A DNA stretch of 64,000 nt from Haplodiscus bocki (lineage: Eukaryota): the NCBI GenBank assembly GCA_965655095.1, contig OZ296650.1:63426001-63490000 (forward strand). Reading direction: 5' to 3'. The notes below the pieces were generated by a model. It was not told the DNA's origin. It made no database searches and saw nothing but the letters and a program-made list of their open reading frames with translations. Positions 24,361 through 34,120 of this stretch are shown one piece after another (position 1 is the stretch's first letter; every line of letters starts with the position of its first letter). The translations under genes were made by a program, and so were the position numbers.

Positions 24361-27300
24361 GAAGAAAACGGAGTACATGCTTTGTCCTCAGAAGGAGACG
24401 CCGACTTCTATGCGGAAGATGAAATTGAAAGATACAGCGAAGAGTTCTACTTGAATGATAAAGATTTGGAAACGGACTTCACTAGAGATGCTAAATCCTG
24501 TCAACCGACATGTGATGAACAATTTCCAACCTTCCGGGAAAAAGACTACAATATTCAGCTGATTGAGCATTATTTACAATACCAGCCAAAAGAACTAGTG
24601 CAGTACGTGAAAGAATTTGACTTCCAGTTCTCTGATATTACCGACGAGGAGATGACTCTCCTTATCGACATGTTAATCGATTCCAGAGATGTCTACTCGC
24701 AACACAAATTCGCTGTTGGTAAGACCCGTCAAAAGTTTCACGTAACGTTAAAACCGAATGTGGAATTGAAAAGACAGAGACCTAGCAAAGTACCATTGCA
24801 TTTGAAGGAAAAATTGGAGAAACTTCTAACCCAACTTAAAGACGCAGACATTATTCGAGAAATGGGAGACGACGACGAAATGGGATCACCTTTTGTTAAC
24901 CCCATCATCCTGATGCCTAAAAGTAACTATGTGAAACTAGTCATAGACGCTCGTTTCCTAAACTCTGTAACGGATCTCACTAATTACTCATGGCCTCTGG
25001 AACCTGTACAAATGATAATGACCCGAGTCAACGGAAAAATCTTTTCTGTTAGCGATTTATCCTGTGCATACCATCAAGTACCACTGAAACCCGAAACTCA
25101 GAAGCTGACAAGCTTTATCATTGGTGGTAGACAGTACACGTACACCAGAGGATTCTATGGACTTTGCGGGTTACCTACTTTTTTTAGTCGACTAATGACA
25201 ATTCATTTTGAACCGCTGATTAAAAAGAAGCAAGCAATAACCTACATAGACGATACAATAATGCAATCACAAAACAAAGGTGAAATGTTCTCGATCATCC
25301 ATGAGTACCATAATTTACTCAGGAAAGCTGGCTTGAAAGCCGCCCCAGAAAAGACTTTCTTTTTCCTCAAAAAGGTGAAATTTTTGGGACACGTTATTTC
25401 GTCTGAAGGAATACAGCCAATTGCAAAACGGGTAAAGGATCTGAAGAGTCTTAAATCACCTGAATCTAAACGAGACGTCATGAGAATTTTGGGAAGTCTG
25501 GGATTCTACGGCTGCTACATTAAAAATCTTCATGTGGATAGTAAACCCTTCTACGACCTCATTAGAGATTCTACTTCATTCCATTGGACTGAAGAGCATG
25601 AGAAGATCTTCCAAATGATAAAGGACAGGATCAGCGAAGATACAATCCTCGCCATCCCCTCTACTGAGTATCCATTTCATATCCACGTTGATTCGTCCAA
25701 CGTGGGAACCGGATGTGTTTTGATACAACAATTCCCGGAAGGGAAGCGGATTATCTCTTTCAATTCTTGTATTTTCGATAAAGCAGAACAGAAGATGTCT
25801 ACTCTCCACAAGGAATTGTGTGGAATCGTTTCAGCGTTACAAACTTACGAGCATTACATTATTGGATCTCCTTTTCCAATATACTTGTATTGTGACCATA
25901 AACCAATTCTTTATTTATGGGGGCGCAAGGGACAGTTATCTCATCGCTTCTTTCGATATCAGGTAATAATAACGAAGTTCCAGAATTTGAAGATCATCTG
26001 GACGCCAGGATCTAACCTGGCTTTCCCTGATATGCTTAGCCGGAACGTGACCATTGATGAATACCAACATCACCAGTTACAACACAAGAAGCTACCACGA
26101 GATATTCAGTATTTTGATGAACATGGACAACAAATTACGTACAAAATTAACCACGATGATACTTCAGCTGAAAAGTGTAACGATTTCTACCCCATCAATT
26201 GCCAACAAGGCAAGGACCAGAAGATACTCCGATTACATAATGATGGTAAAAATTTTTCTCTTAACAGCATCAGTACTGAATTTGCCACTTCCACAGCACA
26301 ATTAGCTGCGGATTGTTTCCGAATGGGACGAACTATCAACCAGTTCCGACGGTTATGCCGACCAGGTTCTCCAGTATCTTTATCATCATCTGAAAGCTCC
26401 ACTGGAACCTACAGTTCTATCAGTGTAATTGAGATGGACGGAACCGAGGAAACTGAACCTTCTTCATATGCTGAACGCGTAGTTCACGAAAATTGTGATA
26501 GTGAGGAAGATGAAGATGACTACGTTTATGAGATCAACGCCAACGATCACTACCGCATAGGCAAGGCTCGAGCAGCTCATGAATCACTGATTAGTGACCC
26601 TGACACTCTCTTAGTAAAAAAGACCCTATCAGCTACGGCTGCTCCTCATTTGAAAACCTGGGACTTGATCACTAAACTGGATGACGTTGCAAAAGTCGTC
26701 GATCTTGATATTCCTACCATCTTACAAGAACAACTCAAAGACCCACTACTGAGTATTGTGCGCTCCTGGATCGAAAGAAATCTCTCACCCGACCTCAAAG
26801 CTCCAGAGATTCGACAGTCCAAAGTTCTTCTCAGATACGGTCAAGAGCTAGATCGACTACTCATAGAAGACCACGGACAACTCCTGTGTTATGACGAACC
26901 ATCTGACTCCTTAGAATAAAGGAACTTACGGATCTGTTTGCCATTATCTCTCTTCTTAGCCTGTTGCCGAATGGGACACTATAACGAGCTAGGTGGACAC
27001 ATGGGCGCTTCCAAGACGTACACTAACGCTAAATGATTTTACTATTGGCCTGGGATGTTCGACTGGATCTGCGCTCTCACAGCTGATTGTCTTGCGTGTC
27101 AGAATAATAAACCTAAACCTAAACATCTTAAAGAAGTACCACTGGAAGAATGGCAAGGTGATACTGCACCATTTAGTGCAATACATATTGACCATAAAGG
27201 ACCTCTCCATGCACCGAGCAACTGGAATACTCACTGTCTTTTGATAGTGGACTCTTTTTCGCGTTTCTTAATGGTCTATCCTGTTACCAATACTGGAGCA

Positions 27301-28872
27301 CAAGCTACAATCGCTGCAGTTGAGAAATGGATACTTCCTTTTGGGATTCCCCAGTCAATAATACATGATAGAGGAACAGCTTTCCTTAACACAGACTTTG
27401 TTAATTGGACTAAAGAATTAGGAATTACCCTGCGACCACGCACAGCCCACTCACCGTGGACAAACGGCAAAGTAGAAACTCAAAACCAGCATATCGCACG
27501 TTATTGGAGAAGCTTTCTGAACAATGCTGGTACTAATTGGGCTCCCCTCGCACCAAAGTTTGCCTTCGCGCATAATACCAGCGTTAATTACACTACTGGA
27601 AAAACTCCGTACGAAATCGTCTTTGGTACCAAACCACAGATTCCTATGTCTGTCAAAATGGTACTTTATCGTAACAAACATTAATTATGTTGTTCAGAAT
27701 TCTGCATCGACTTACCTCCTCATACTCATGACGAGAACTCTACGAAGAATGAGCTACTCCAGAAACTACTTCGACCACAACTTTCTCAGGCTCTGTTGGA
27801 TCGAGAGCGAGACTTTAAACGAATTTACTCTTCTACTTTTGAACGATGCAGAGAACAAACAGCGCGCTCCCACGCATACACAAACAGATTTAAACTAGGA
27901 CACCATCTAGACGTTGGCCAGAAAGTCCTTTACGAAAACCACCGGCAAGACCTGTCAAAAAGTCAAAAGCTACAACAACGACGATTGGGCCCTTTCACTG
28001 TTACCAAACGAGTAACTAGCACTACTTATCAAATTCAAGACGACAAAGACCCATCCATTACCAAAACAGTACATCGTAACCATTTGGTTGAATATTATCC
28101 TAAAGAAGAATCACTTCCAGCTATGATCGACGAATACGTACCACACGACCAGCGACATGATGATTTCTATGAACGGTTCTTGGAACAACGAATTGGGAAA
28201 TTGAATAGCTTTACAACGCCACCCGCCGAGGACACCATTCCATTTCCAATTAGACTGGTACCCACGGCTCCGGCAATCGCTTCACACAAACGTGATAGCC
28301 TTACTAGCAGTGATTCGGGAGTTGGCTCACCTCAGGTTTTTTCGCCGACCCAACCCATAACTCCTGAACAACAACCACCGCATTCACAGGAGACGGAAAA
28401 TGAACAGCCATTAACCTCGGCTTCTACTAGACCATTCACTCCGATTCAACAATTTTTGTGGAACAGCCGAAAGTCCAAAGCGAGAGAGCCCAAATATTTC
28501 AGACCTCAGCCACATGACCCTAATCCTCAATCGGCCCTACGCACACTCACCCGTCAGGGCTATAAACTTTGATCAGCAACAATTCGTTGTTGCTCAACAC
28601 TCGCTCACATTCTTGTTCTGAGCAATTCATTACTTATTACTCGTGATACTTCGGACCAGATGCCTAAATGTCATAAATTTTACCCCAATTGCCGGTGGAT
28701 GGTTACCCACTGTTGGCCTAGCCTGACACTTGACAAAGTACTGTTAACAAAAGTTTATTGGAGCTATTCAACACACATCGTCCGTGTGTGCTTTACACCT
28801 CTAATAGAACCTACACTTAAACAGGATCTAAAGCGCAAGCGTAATGTCCAAATAACTTTCAACTCTCCTGCC

Positions 28873-29034
28873 ATGGCAAGCCTTTATGAACTTCTTTGCT
28901 ACCATTCTCTTGAAAATTTCGATCCAATTATGGACGAATTCCTTACTTTTATTCATTCTTCACGATCTTCACTTTCTTCAGCAATTTCCACCGCCCTACC
29001 CGAACCAGCTGATGATCATCTCAACGATTCCTAA
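28873..29034 (+). CDS. Possible small accessory ORF (53 aa)
   Basis: Strong Kozak context GCCATGG; product MASLYELLCYHSLENFDPIMDEF...; no homology recognised. Confidence 0.3.
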   Translation: MASLYELLCYHSLENFDPIMDEFLTFIHSSRSSLSSAISTALPEPADDHLNDS

Positions 29035-29170
29035 ATTTTCCAATATAACTATCTCACAAAAATTGGAATGTGCAATCCCAAAACAACTGAACACTAACTG
29101 CGCAGAGGATTAGTATGGACATACAGTGACTAAACCGACGGGGGAGGATAACCCCGCCGGCAGGAGCCGC

Positions 29171-29635
29171 TCAGTCCAGGCACAGGAAGCCCCCGTCTTC
29201 CGCCAAGGACTTAACCCGCGCCCGGAAGACGATTTGGGGCCACGAGTCCATCGCCTGAGCGAACTCCCCCCTCTGCTCCTCCACGAGGCCGAGCCACCCG
29301 GCGAGGATTGCCCGCAACTCAAACAGCAGAACCTCGCCGGACTCGGACAGGATCATAGCCTCCCAGTCCTCTCCGTAATACCGGACCAGGAAGCTTCTGA
29401 AACCTGCGAACACCGGGGCTTCTTGCGTTGGCGCTTCATCGTCGCCCCAGTGAAACCTCATGAAGGCCCTCCAACCTTCAAGCCAGAATAAGGCAGGCTC
29501 CCCAAATACGTATAGGGGCCCGCCAAAGGAATCTTCCGCCGTGGCGTGGAAGAGTGGGAGTTCCGGGAGAGGGTCAATCCCGTCCCACCCAACCACCTCC
29601 ACGACGACTCCAGGGGGTGATGGAGGATCTGCCAT
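29171..29635 (-). CDS. Antisense accessory ORF (154 aa, acidic, Trp-rich)
   Basis: Occupies a distinct GC-rich island. The ATG (GGATGG) is preceded by an acceptor-like TTGTTACAG, and the composition is protein-like. Confidence 0.6.
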   Translation of the reverse strand: MADPPSPPGVVVEVVGWDGIDPLPELPLFHATAEDSFGGPLYVFGEPALFWLEGWRAFMRFHWGDDEAPTQEAPVFAGFRSFLVRYYGEDWEAMILSESGEVLLFELRAILAGWLGLVEEQRGEFAQAMDSWPQIVFRARVKSLAEDGGFLCLD

Positions 29636-30184
29636 CCTGTAACAACAATGAAATGTAACAACAATCGGACATTAATAACAACTGGAATGAAACCCACCAA
29701 ATCCCTAAAAACGAGACTACTCTTCACCGGAATTTTCCACCCAATTTTTATTCTGAACCCGTCAATTTATCGCGTTCTCCTCAACTTCTGTTACTCCCTA
29801 CCCGCCAATTTTTTCGCTATTTTTCCCCGGAAGGCCCTGCTGTGACAAAGCACAGCAGAGCGGAAGAAAAACAAAAAAAGGAAGAAATGAAGAAAAATAT
29901 TGTTGCACGATTCCGTTTATTAAATTAGCACGATTCCGCTTACACTTAAATCGTCTAAATTAAATGAATAAAATTATTTACTCTGAACTTAATTTCAATG
30001 AATCTTTTAAATTATTAATTAGTTATCTTACGAAATGTTTAAAACGTGGTTCTAATTTGAAGCATCGTTCTCAGATGTGATATGCACTCAGAACGGTACG
30101 AAGCAGCTCAACGCACCTCATATCCGATCCAGCAACGGACAGCAAACACCTAACACTCAACCAATTGGGGGATCTATTGAACAG

Positions 30185-30406
30185 ATGACAATCATATTCT
30201 TCAGAATCAACGGAGACACTTTCATCCTACGGAGGATAACCTACGATTCAACTACAGAAAGCTTTGATGTAAAAACACAAGCTATCGAAACCGGAGTACA
30301 GACAATTTTCAACTGCCCTAAAACTTCCGAACATTATACTTTTGTAGAAGGTCTTTACAAATACCCTCCACCAGCAGAAATAAAAAGCAAAAAAAGAATC
30401 ATTTAA
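30185..30406 (+). CDS. Accessory protein, tandem paralog 1 (73 aa from the ATG)
   Basis: Shares IN.D...L...TY.S.T..F.V.T and F.CP..SEHY.F...LY..PPP..IKS with 30424-30648. Confidence 0.8.
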   Translation: MTIIFFRINGDTFILRRITYDSTTESFDVKTQAIETGVQTIFNCPKTSEHYTFVEGLYKYPPPAEIKSKKRII

Positions 30407-30423
30407 ACGATTACAAAAGTCAA

Positions 30424-30648
30424 ATGAGCAAATTCTTTCTCGAAATTAATAACGACTCTTATCTTCTCGAACACTTAACTTATATTTCTGAAACTAAAGT
30501 ATTTACAGTATTTACAGAAAGAGTCGGTGATTGGACAAAAATTAAATTCAAGTGCCCCGAAGAATCAGAGCACTATTCTTTCATTAGACACCTTTACTTC
30601 AATCCGCCACCAGAAAACATAAAGAGTATAAACAAAATTTTCGAGTAA
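30424..30648 (+). CDS. Accessory protein, tandem paralog 2 (74 aa)
   Basis: Ungapped protein-level similarity to 30185-30406 despite diverged DNA. Confidence 0.8.
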   Translation: MSKFFLEINNDSYLLEHLTYISETKVFTVFTERVGDWTKIKFKCPEESEHYSFIRHLYFNPPPENIKSINKIFE

Positions 30649-30655
30649 AATCTTC

Positions 30656-30994
30656 ATGACTTACGAGCTTAACCTTAAGTGTATTTGGCAACATCCTACG
30701 ACTGGAAACCATCTGGAGATAACAAAAATTGTTTGGGGAGAAGTTGAAAAGCCAATAAAAATAACAGTCAAAAGTCTACGACAAGCTCAGCTTGGAACGT
30801 GGACAATACATATCAAACCAGACACAGAAGACCTGATCAACCTCCTGTCGTCTCTGATAGTTTTCACCAAGTTCCCCTTCTTTGCTCAAGCTCACCCATT
30901 ACAAAAACATCTGGTGAAAGAGCTCATTCTCCTTTGTCAGTCACTAACTCACGACGGACAATCCAGCTCAAAGCGTGCTAAGACTAGTTATTAG
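30656..30994 (+). CDS. Accessory protein of unknown function (112 aa)
   Basis: The ATG lies 7 nt after the previous stop. Possible distant paralog of 21236-21595, with a basic C-terminus (KRAK). Confidence 0.7.
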   Translation: MTYELNLKCIWQHPTTGNHLEITKIVWGEVEKPIKITVKSLRQAQLGTWTIHIKPDTEDLINLLSSLIVFTKFPFFAQAHPLQKHLVKELILLCQSLTHDGQSSSKRAKTSY

Positions 30995-31020
30995 AGCTTC
31001 AACTCAGGCTAGAAAACCCC

Positions 31021-31125
31021 GATTGGCACTTTTTTGACGATCCGGTTTTAGTCCGGCGTCCCTTTTTGACGATACTGGGTTCGGTCCAGCGTCCTTTATA
31101 AAAATCTCGACGTCGTTTTTCAGTA
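31021..31125 (+). promoter_or_regulatory. Candidate internal promoter upstream of env
   Basis: ATTGG (31022), two direct repeats of about 32 bp (TTTTTGACGAT...GTCCRGCGTCC), TATAAAA (31097) and Inr-like TCAGT (31120). Confidence 0.5.
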
Positions 31126-31224
31126 GTGGAGCAACTACTATGAAATTTTTGCTCCCGCTTTGTCTTAGTGCCCACAAAGCTGCCGGTTTGATATTACGGC
31201 TTATTTTTTAGCTACCCTTTACAA

Positions 31225-33399
31225 ATGGGACCTCCGCTACTTAAGTTAGCGATGAAGCTATTATTTCTTCAAATCCTCGCACTTACTTTCGAGGTAGTTT
31301 TCAACTTAACTCCAGATGAAGACCAGGTTGCCCCAACGCTAAAAGTAGCTCATTTTGATTGCAGTGAAATGACTGAAAATACTCTTTCCGCTATAAATCA
31401 GGTACGACCATGCCATATTACGCCTGAAGAATTGGAAGTAAGTAAGGCCAAAGTTGTGCTCTACACCAAACACTTCAGAAAAGAATTAAACGCCACTAAA
31501 TGCCGAGTACAACATCAACGAGAAAAATGGCATTGCGGACACCATGATCATAGCAGCATTGATCATACTATTGCAGGAATCACAAGCGATATTATAATCT
31601 CTCCAGAACAATGCCGAACTTTAGCAAAAGGAAAAGATATTACTTTGCTTGGACATTCGATAAACTTTGGTTTTGATACAAAAAATCCTATTGTGAAAAC
31701 TTATGGTGATACCAGTGATGACTACAGGAACGAATGTGACGGTAAAGGTTGGATCACTCGTGACATCTTCCTCCCTCACATGCAGACAACAACTCTGAAA
31801 GTTACCTTAGAAAGCGGAAAAGTCCTATCCGATACTGGTTTAATTTTACCATGTGCCCTTGAAGAACTGGGATGTGAAACTACTTCGTTAGTCCCCTACG
31901 CTTACATTTGGGACTATCCTCACAATTGTGCTATCTCAATTCTCCGAACAGAGGAAGTCAATATGGTGAAACAAGGAAAGAAGTACTATGTTATCAGTGG
32001 AGTTGATTCCAGCTCTAAATTTGTATTCGAAGTCAAGAACCACCCTCAGAAACATTGTGGAAAACCGACACCTAGTTATCCTACCAACTATGACTCTCTT
32101 TATATGGACCGTCTAAGTGAAGGTTTTGACATGGACACCGGGAGAAACCTGGGTCGCGGTCGAAATGGAGCAACCAAAATCCTACAGTACTTGGGACCAA
32201 AGGAGAAAGGAGATTTTGGTCAACTTTACGTTCATAACCCCCAGTTGGAGGGAACACAAAAAGTACAAACAGCGGACCCCGACAACTACTTAAATATTGA
32301 TTACGAAATGCACCTTGGGACTAAAATTGACTATCAATTTTTTCAGAGCTCGCGATTACTCCAAGCTACGGAAATACAGCTACTGCAGAATCAATGTGAA
32401 CAGGAACGGACTCAAATTCTAACGAATCTTATGCTAGCTCTTGAAAACCCTCGCCTGGCCGGTTACATGCTCACCGGTAACCGATCAATGTTTCTCGAAA
32501 CAGACGGGAGTGTAGCATGGCTCTATCATTGCCCGAAAGTTCACTCGCCCCTTCATACCATGAATCAATGCTATGATAAAATTCCGATTCTTTACCGGGG
32601 ACAGATTCAATTTGTCGATCCTATAACTCGACAAACCTATCCTCATGCCATGACTCAAAACTGTTCCGATCGCATCAAGAACTTGTTCCAACTCGATATG
32701 GTTCAGGATGGTTCTTGGTACACACTAACATCTGGCATCGTACATCAAGACAAGCCTGCCATATTCGGACCTCAGAACATTAACCCAGTCGCTTCTTACA
32801 CTTTTACTGGATCACAGGATGCAGGCATGTACACACGTAATGAACTTAAAGGATTCTGGAATAGCATCCTTATCAACGCCGCTTCGAGAACGGCCTTTAA
32901 AAAGTTCTCACAAAATCTCATTGTCTACTCCACTACTGATGAAGGAACAGATGGATCTCACTATTATACGCCACGAACAGAGTTTTTTGTGGATAAAATG
33001 ATTTCGCCCGGGTACTTTAAAGATCAATTTTTGGACACATTTGGACTTGTTGTCTATGTACTCAAACATTGCGGAATTTACTTCTCGGTCTTTTTGTTCA
33101 TCAAGCTTATAATTGATATGGTAGTTATGATCGTGCGCTACATGGAAAAAGATAAGTTAACTGGTTCCACTCTAGGGTTTGGTAAGACCCTTTTGAGTGC
33201 ATCATACAATATTTTCTTAACAAGTGTCTTAACTTCCATGTATAGCCCACGTGCTCCGGCACTAACCGCTGTTGAGCATATGGACGCAAGCCCATGTGTC
33301 GCAAATGATATGCATGAGGTGAAAGAGGAAGCGAAAAAGAAAGACGAGCACCTCTACCCTGCAATGAGCACAGTCACACTACCATTATCACCGGTATAA
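31225..33399 (+). CDS. env: Envelope glycoprotein, chuvirus/Monjiviricetes-like class III fusion protein (724 aa)
   Basis: N-terminal signal peptide. Cys motifs AHFDC, KCRV....WHCG..HSS, QCR, LENP.LAGY.L...GSVAWLYHC..V and CYDKIPILY....FVDPITR. C-terminal TM GIYFSVFLFIKLIIDMVVMIV and N-glycosylation sequons. The ORF is intact. Confidence 0.88.
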   Translation: MGPPLLKLAMKLLFLQILALTFEVVFNLTPDEDQVAPTLKVAHFDCSEMTENTLSAINQVRPCHITPEELEVSKAKVVLYTKHFRKELNATKCRVQHQREKWHCGHHDHSSIDHTIAGITSDIIISPEQCRTLAKGKDITLLGHSINFGFDTKNPIVKTYGDTSDDYRNECDGKGWITRDIFLPHMQTTTLKVTLESGKVLSDTGLILPCALEELGCETTSLVPYAYIWDYPHNCAISILRTEEVNMVKQGKKYYVISGVDSSSKFVFEVKNHPQKHCGKPTPSYPTNYDSLYMDRLSEGFDMDTGRNLGRGRNGATKILQYLGPKEKGDFGQLYVHNPQLEGTQKVQTADPDNYLNIDYEMHLGTKIDYQFFQSSRLLQATEIQLLQNQCEQERTQILTNLMLALENPRLAGYMLTGNRSMFLETDGSVAWLYHCPKVHSPLHTMNQCYDKIPILYRGQIQFVDPITRQTYPHAMTQNCSDRIKNLFQLDMVQDGSWYTLTSGIVHQDKPAIFGPQNINPVASYTFTGSQDAGMYTRNELKGFWNSILINAASRTAFKKFSQNLIVYSTTDEGTDGSHYYTPRTEFFVDKMISPGYFKDQFLDTFGLVVYVLKHCGIYFSVFLFIKLIIDMVVMIVRYMEKDKLTGSTLGFGKTLLSASYNIFLTSVLTSMYSPRAPALTAVEHMDASPCVANDMHEVKEEAKKKDEHLYPAMSTVTLPLSPV

Positions 33400-33449
33400 A
33401 AATTTCTTTTAACGTAATACGTTACTAATTCTTAGTGTTTAGATTTTCA

Positions 33450-34058
33450 ATGCAGAGCGACGACTCATTGCCTATCCTAACTGATCTGGATTTCATATTC
33501 CCAACCTTAACACCATCAGCATTGGAACAACCAGCCGAGCCAGTTGTACCTCTTCGCTCACCTCCTTCGATAAGTATTCCATCAAACCCTGCTTCACCCG
33601 ACGAGCAATCAGACACAGCTTCAACGACGCGGGGACTATCTTCGGTTACGGGGTATTCAATTGCTACCTTCACTACTGACCAGCAACCAATTCCTACTAT
33701 TGCATCTTCTGTTGGAAACGTTAAGTCCAAGAACTCATCCTCTCGCCGTGCACGCACACGCGCACGACCTAAACGAGTCCGAAAATTGCGACGACACACC
33801 AGCAAAGACTTCCAAAAAGGAGACAGACTAACACTTGCTCGCCAACACAAAAGGGAAAAATTCGCCCAACTCGCGAGGGCCGTGAAGAAACCTCGTTTCA
33901 ACCCCCATTTGTGTTATAGCTTGAAACCAGAATATTCCTCCTGGAAGTTAATTTTTTGGGACAGCCAGCAACAGGAGTTCACCATACAGAACACACTTCT
34001 TCCCACTCAGAGGCTTGTTGTTCCTCTGTGCGCTATTACAGCTAATCCGCAGTATTGA
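33450..34058 (+). CDS. Accessory protein with a Ser/Pro/Thr-rich N-terminus and an Arg-rich motif (202 aa from the ATG)
   Basis: Long open frame between env and TRAF; basic tract RRARTRARPKRVRKLRR. Confidence 0.7.
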   Translation: MQSDDSLPILTDLDFIFPTLTPSALEQPAEPVVPLRSPPSISIPSNPASPDEQSDTASTTRGLSSVTGYSIATFTTDQQPIPTIASSVGNVKSKNSSSRRARTRARPKRVRKLRRHTSKDFQKGDRLTLARQHKREKFAQLARAVKKPRFNPHLCYSLKPEYSSWKLIFWDSQQQEFTIQNTLLPTQRLVVPLCAITANPQY

Positions 34059-34120
34059 TTTAAATGTTAAATTACTCTTCTTGAAATTACTTAAAAGTTC
34101 AACTTAAAAACTTGTGAATA

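Larger units (their letters stand above)
23044..28572 (+). pseudogene. pol: Pol polyprotein (PR, macrodomain, RT, RNase H, integrase) in one frame with four in-frame stops
   Basis: PR LDTGAS; RT YIDD; RNase H DSS/ELCG/DHKP/DMLSR; IN HHCC, the HIDH...HDRG...VET DDE triad and a GPF motif. ORFs 23053, 23299, 27055 and 27796 share one frame, with stops at 23278, 26917, 27034 and 27682. Confidence 0.95.

Noticed and set aside
28873-28911. BC-box/SOCS-box in MASLYELLCYHSL
   Set aside because: The Cys spacing is off by one from the [STP]LxxxC consensus and no cullin box is evident.
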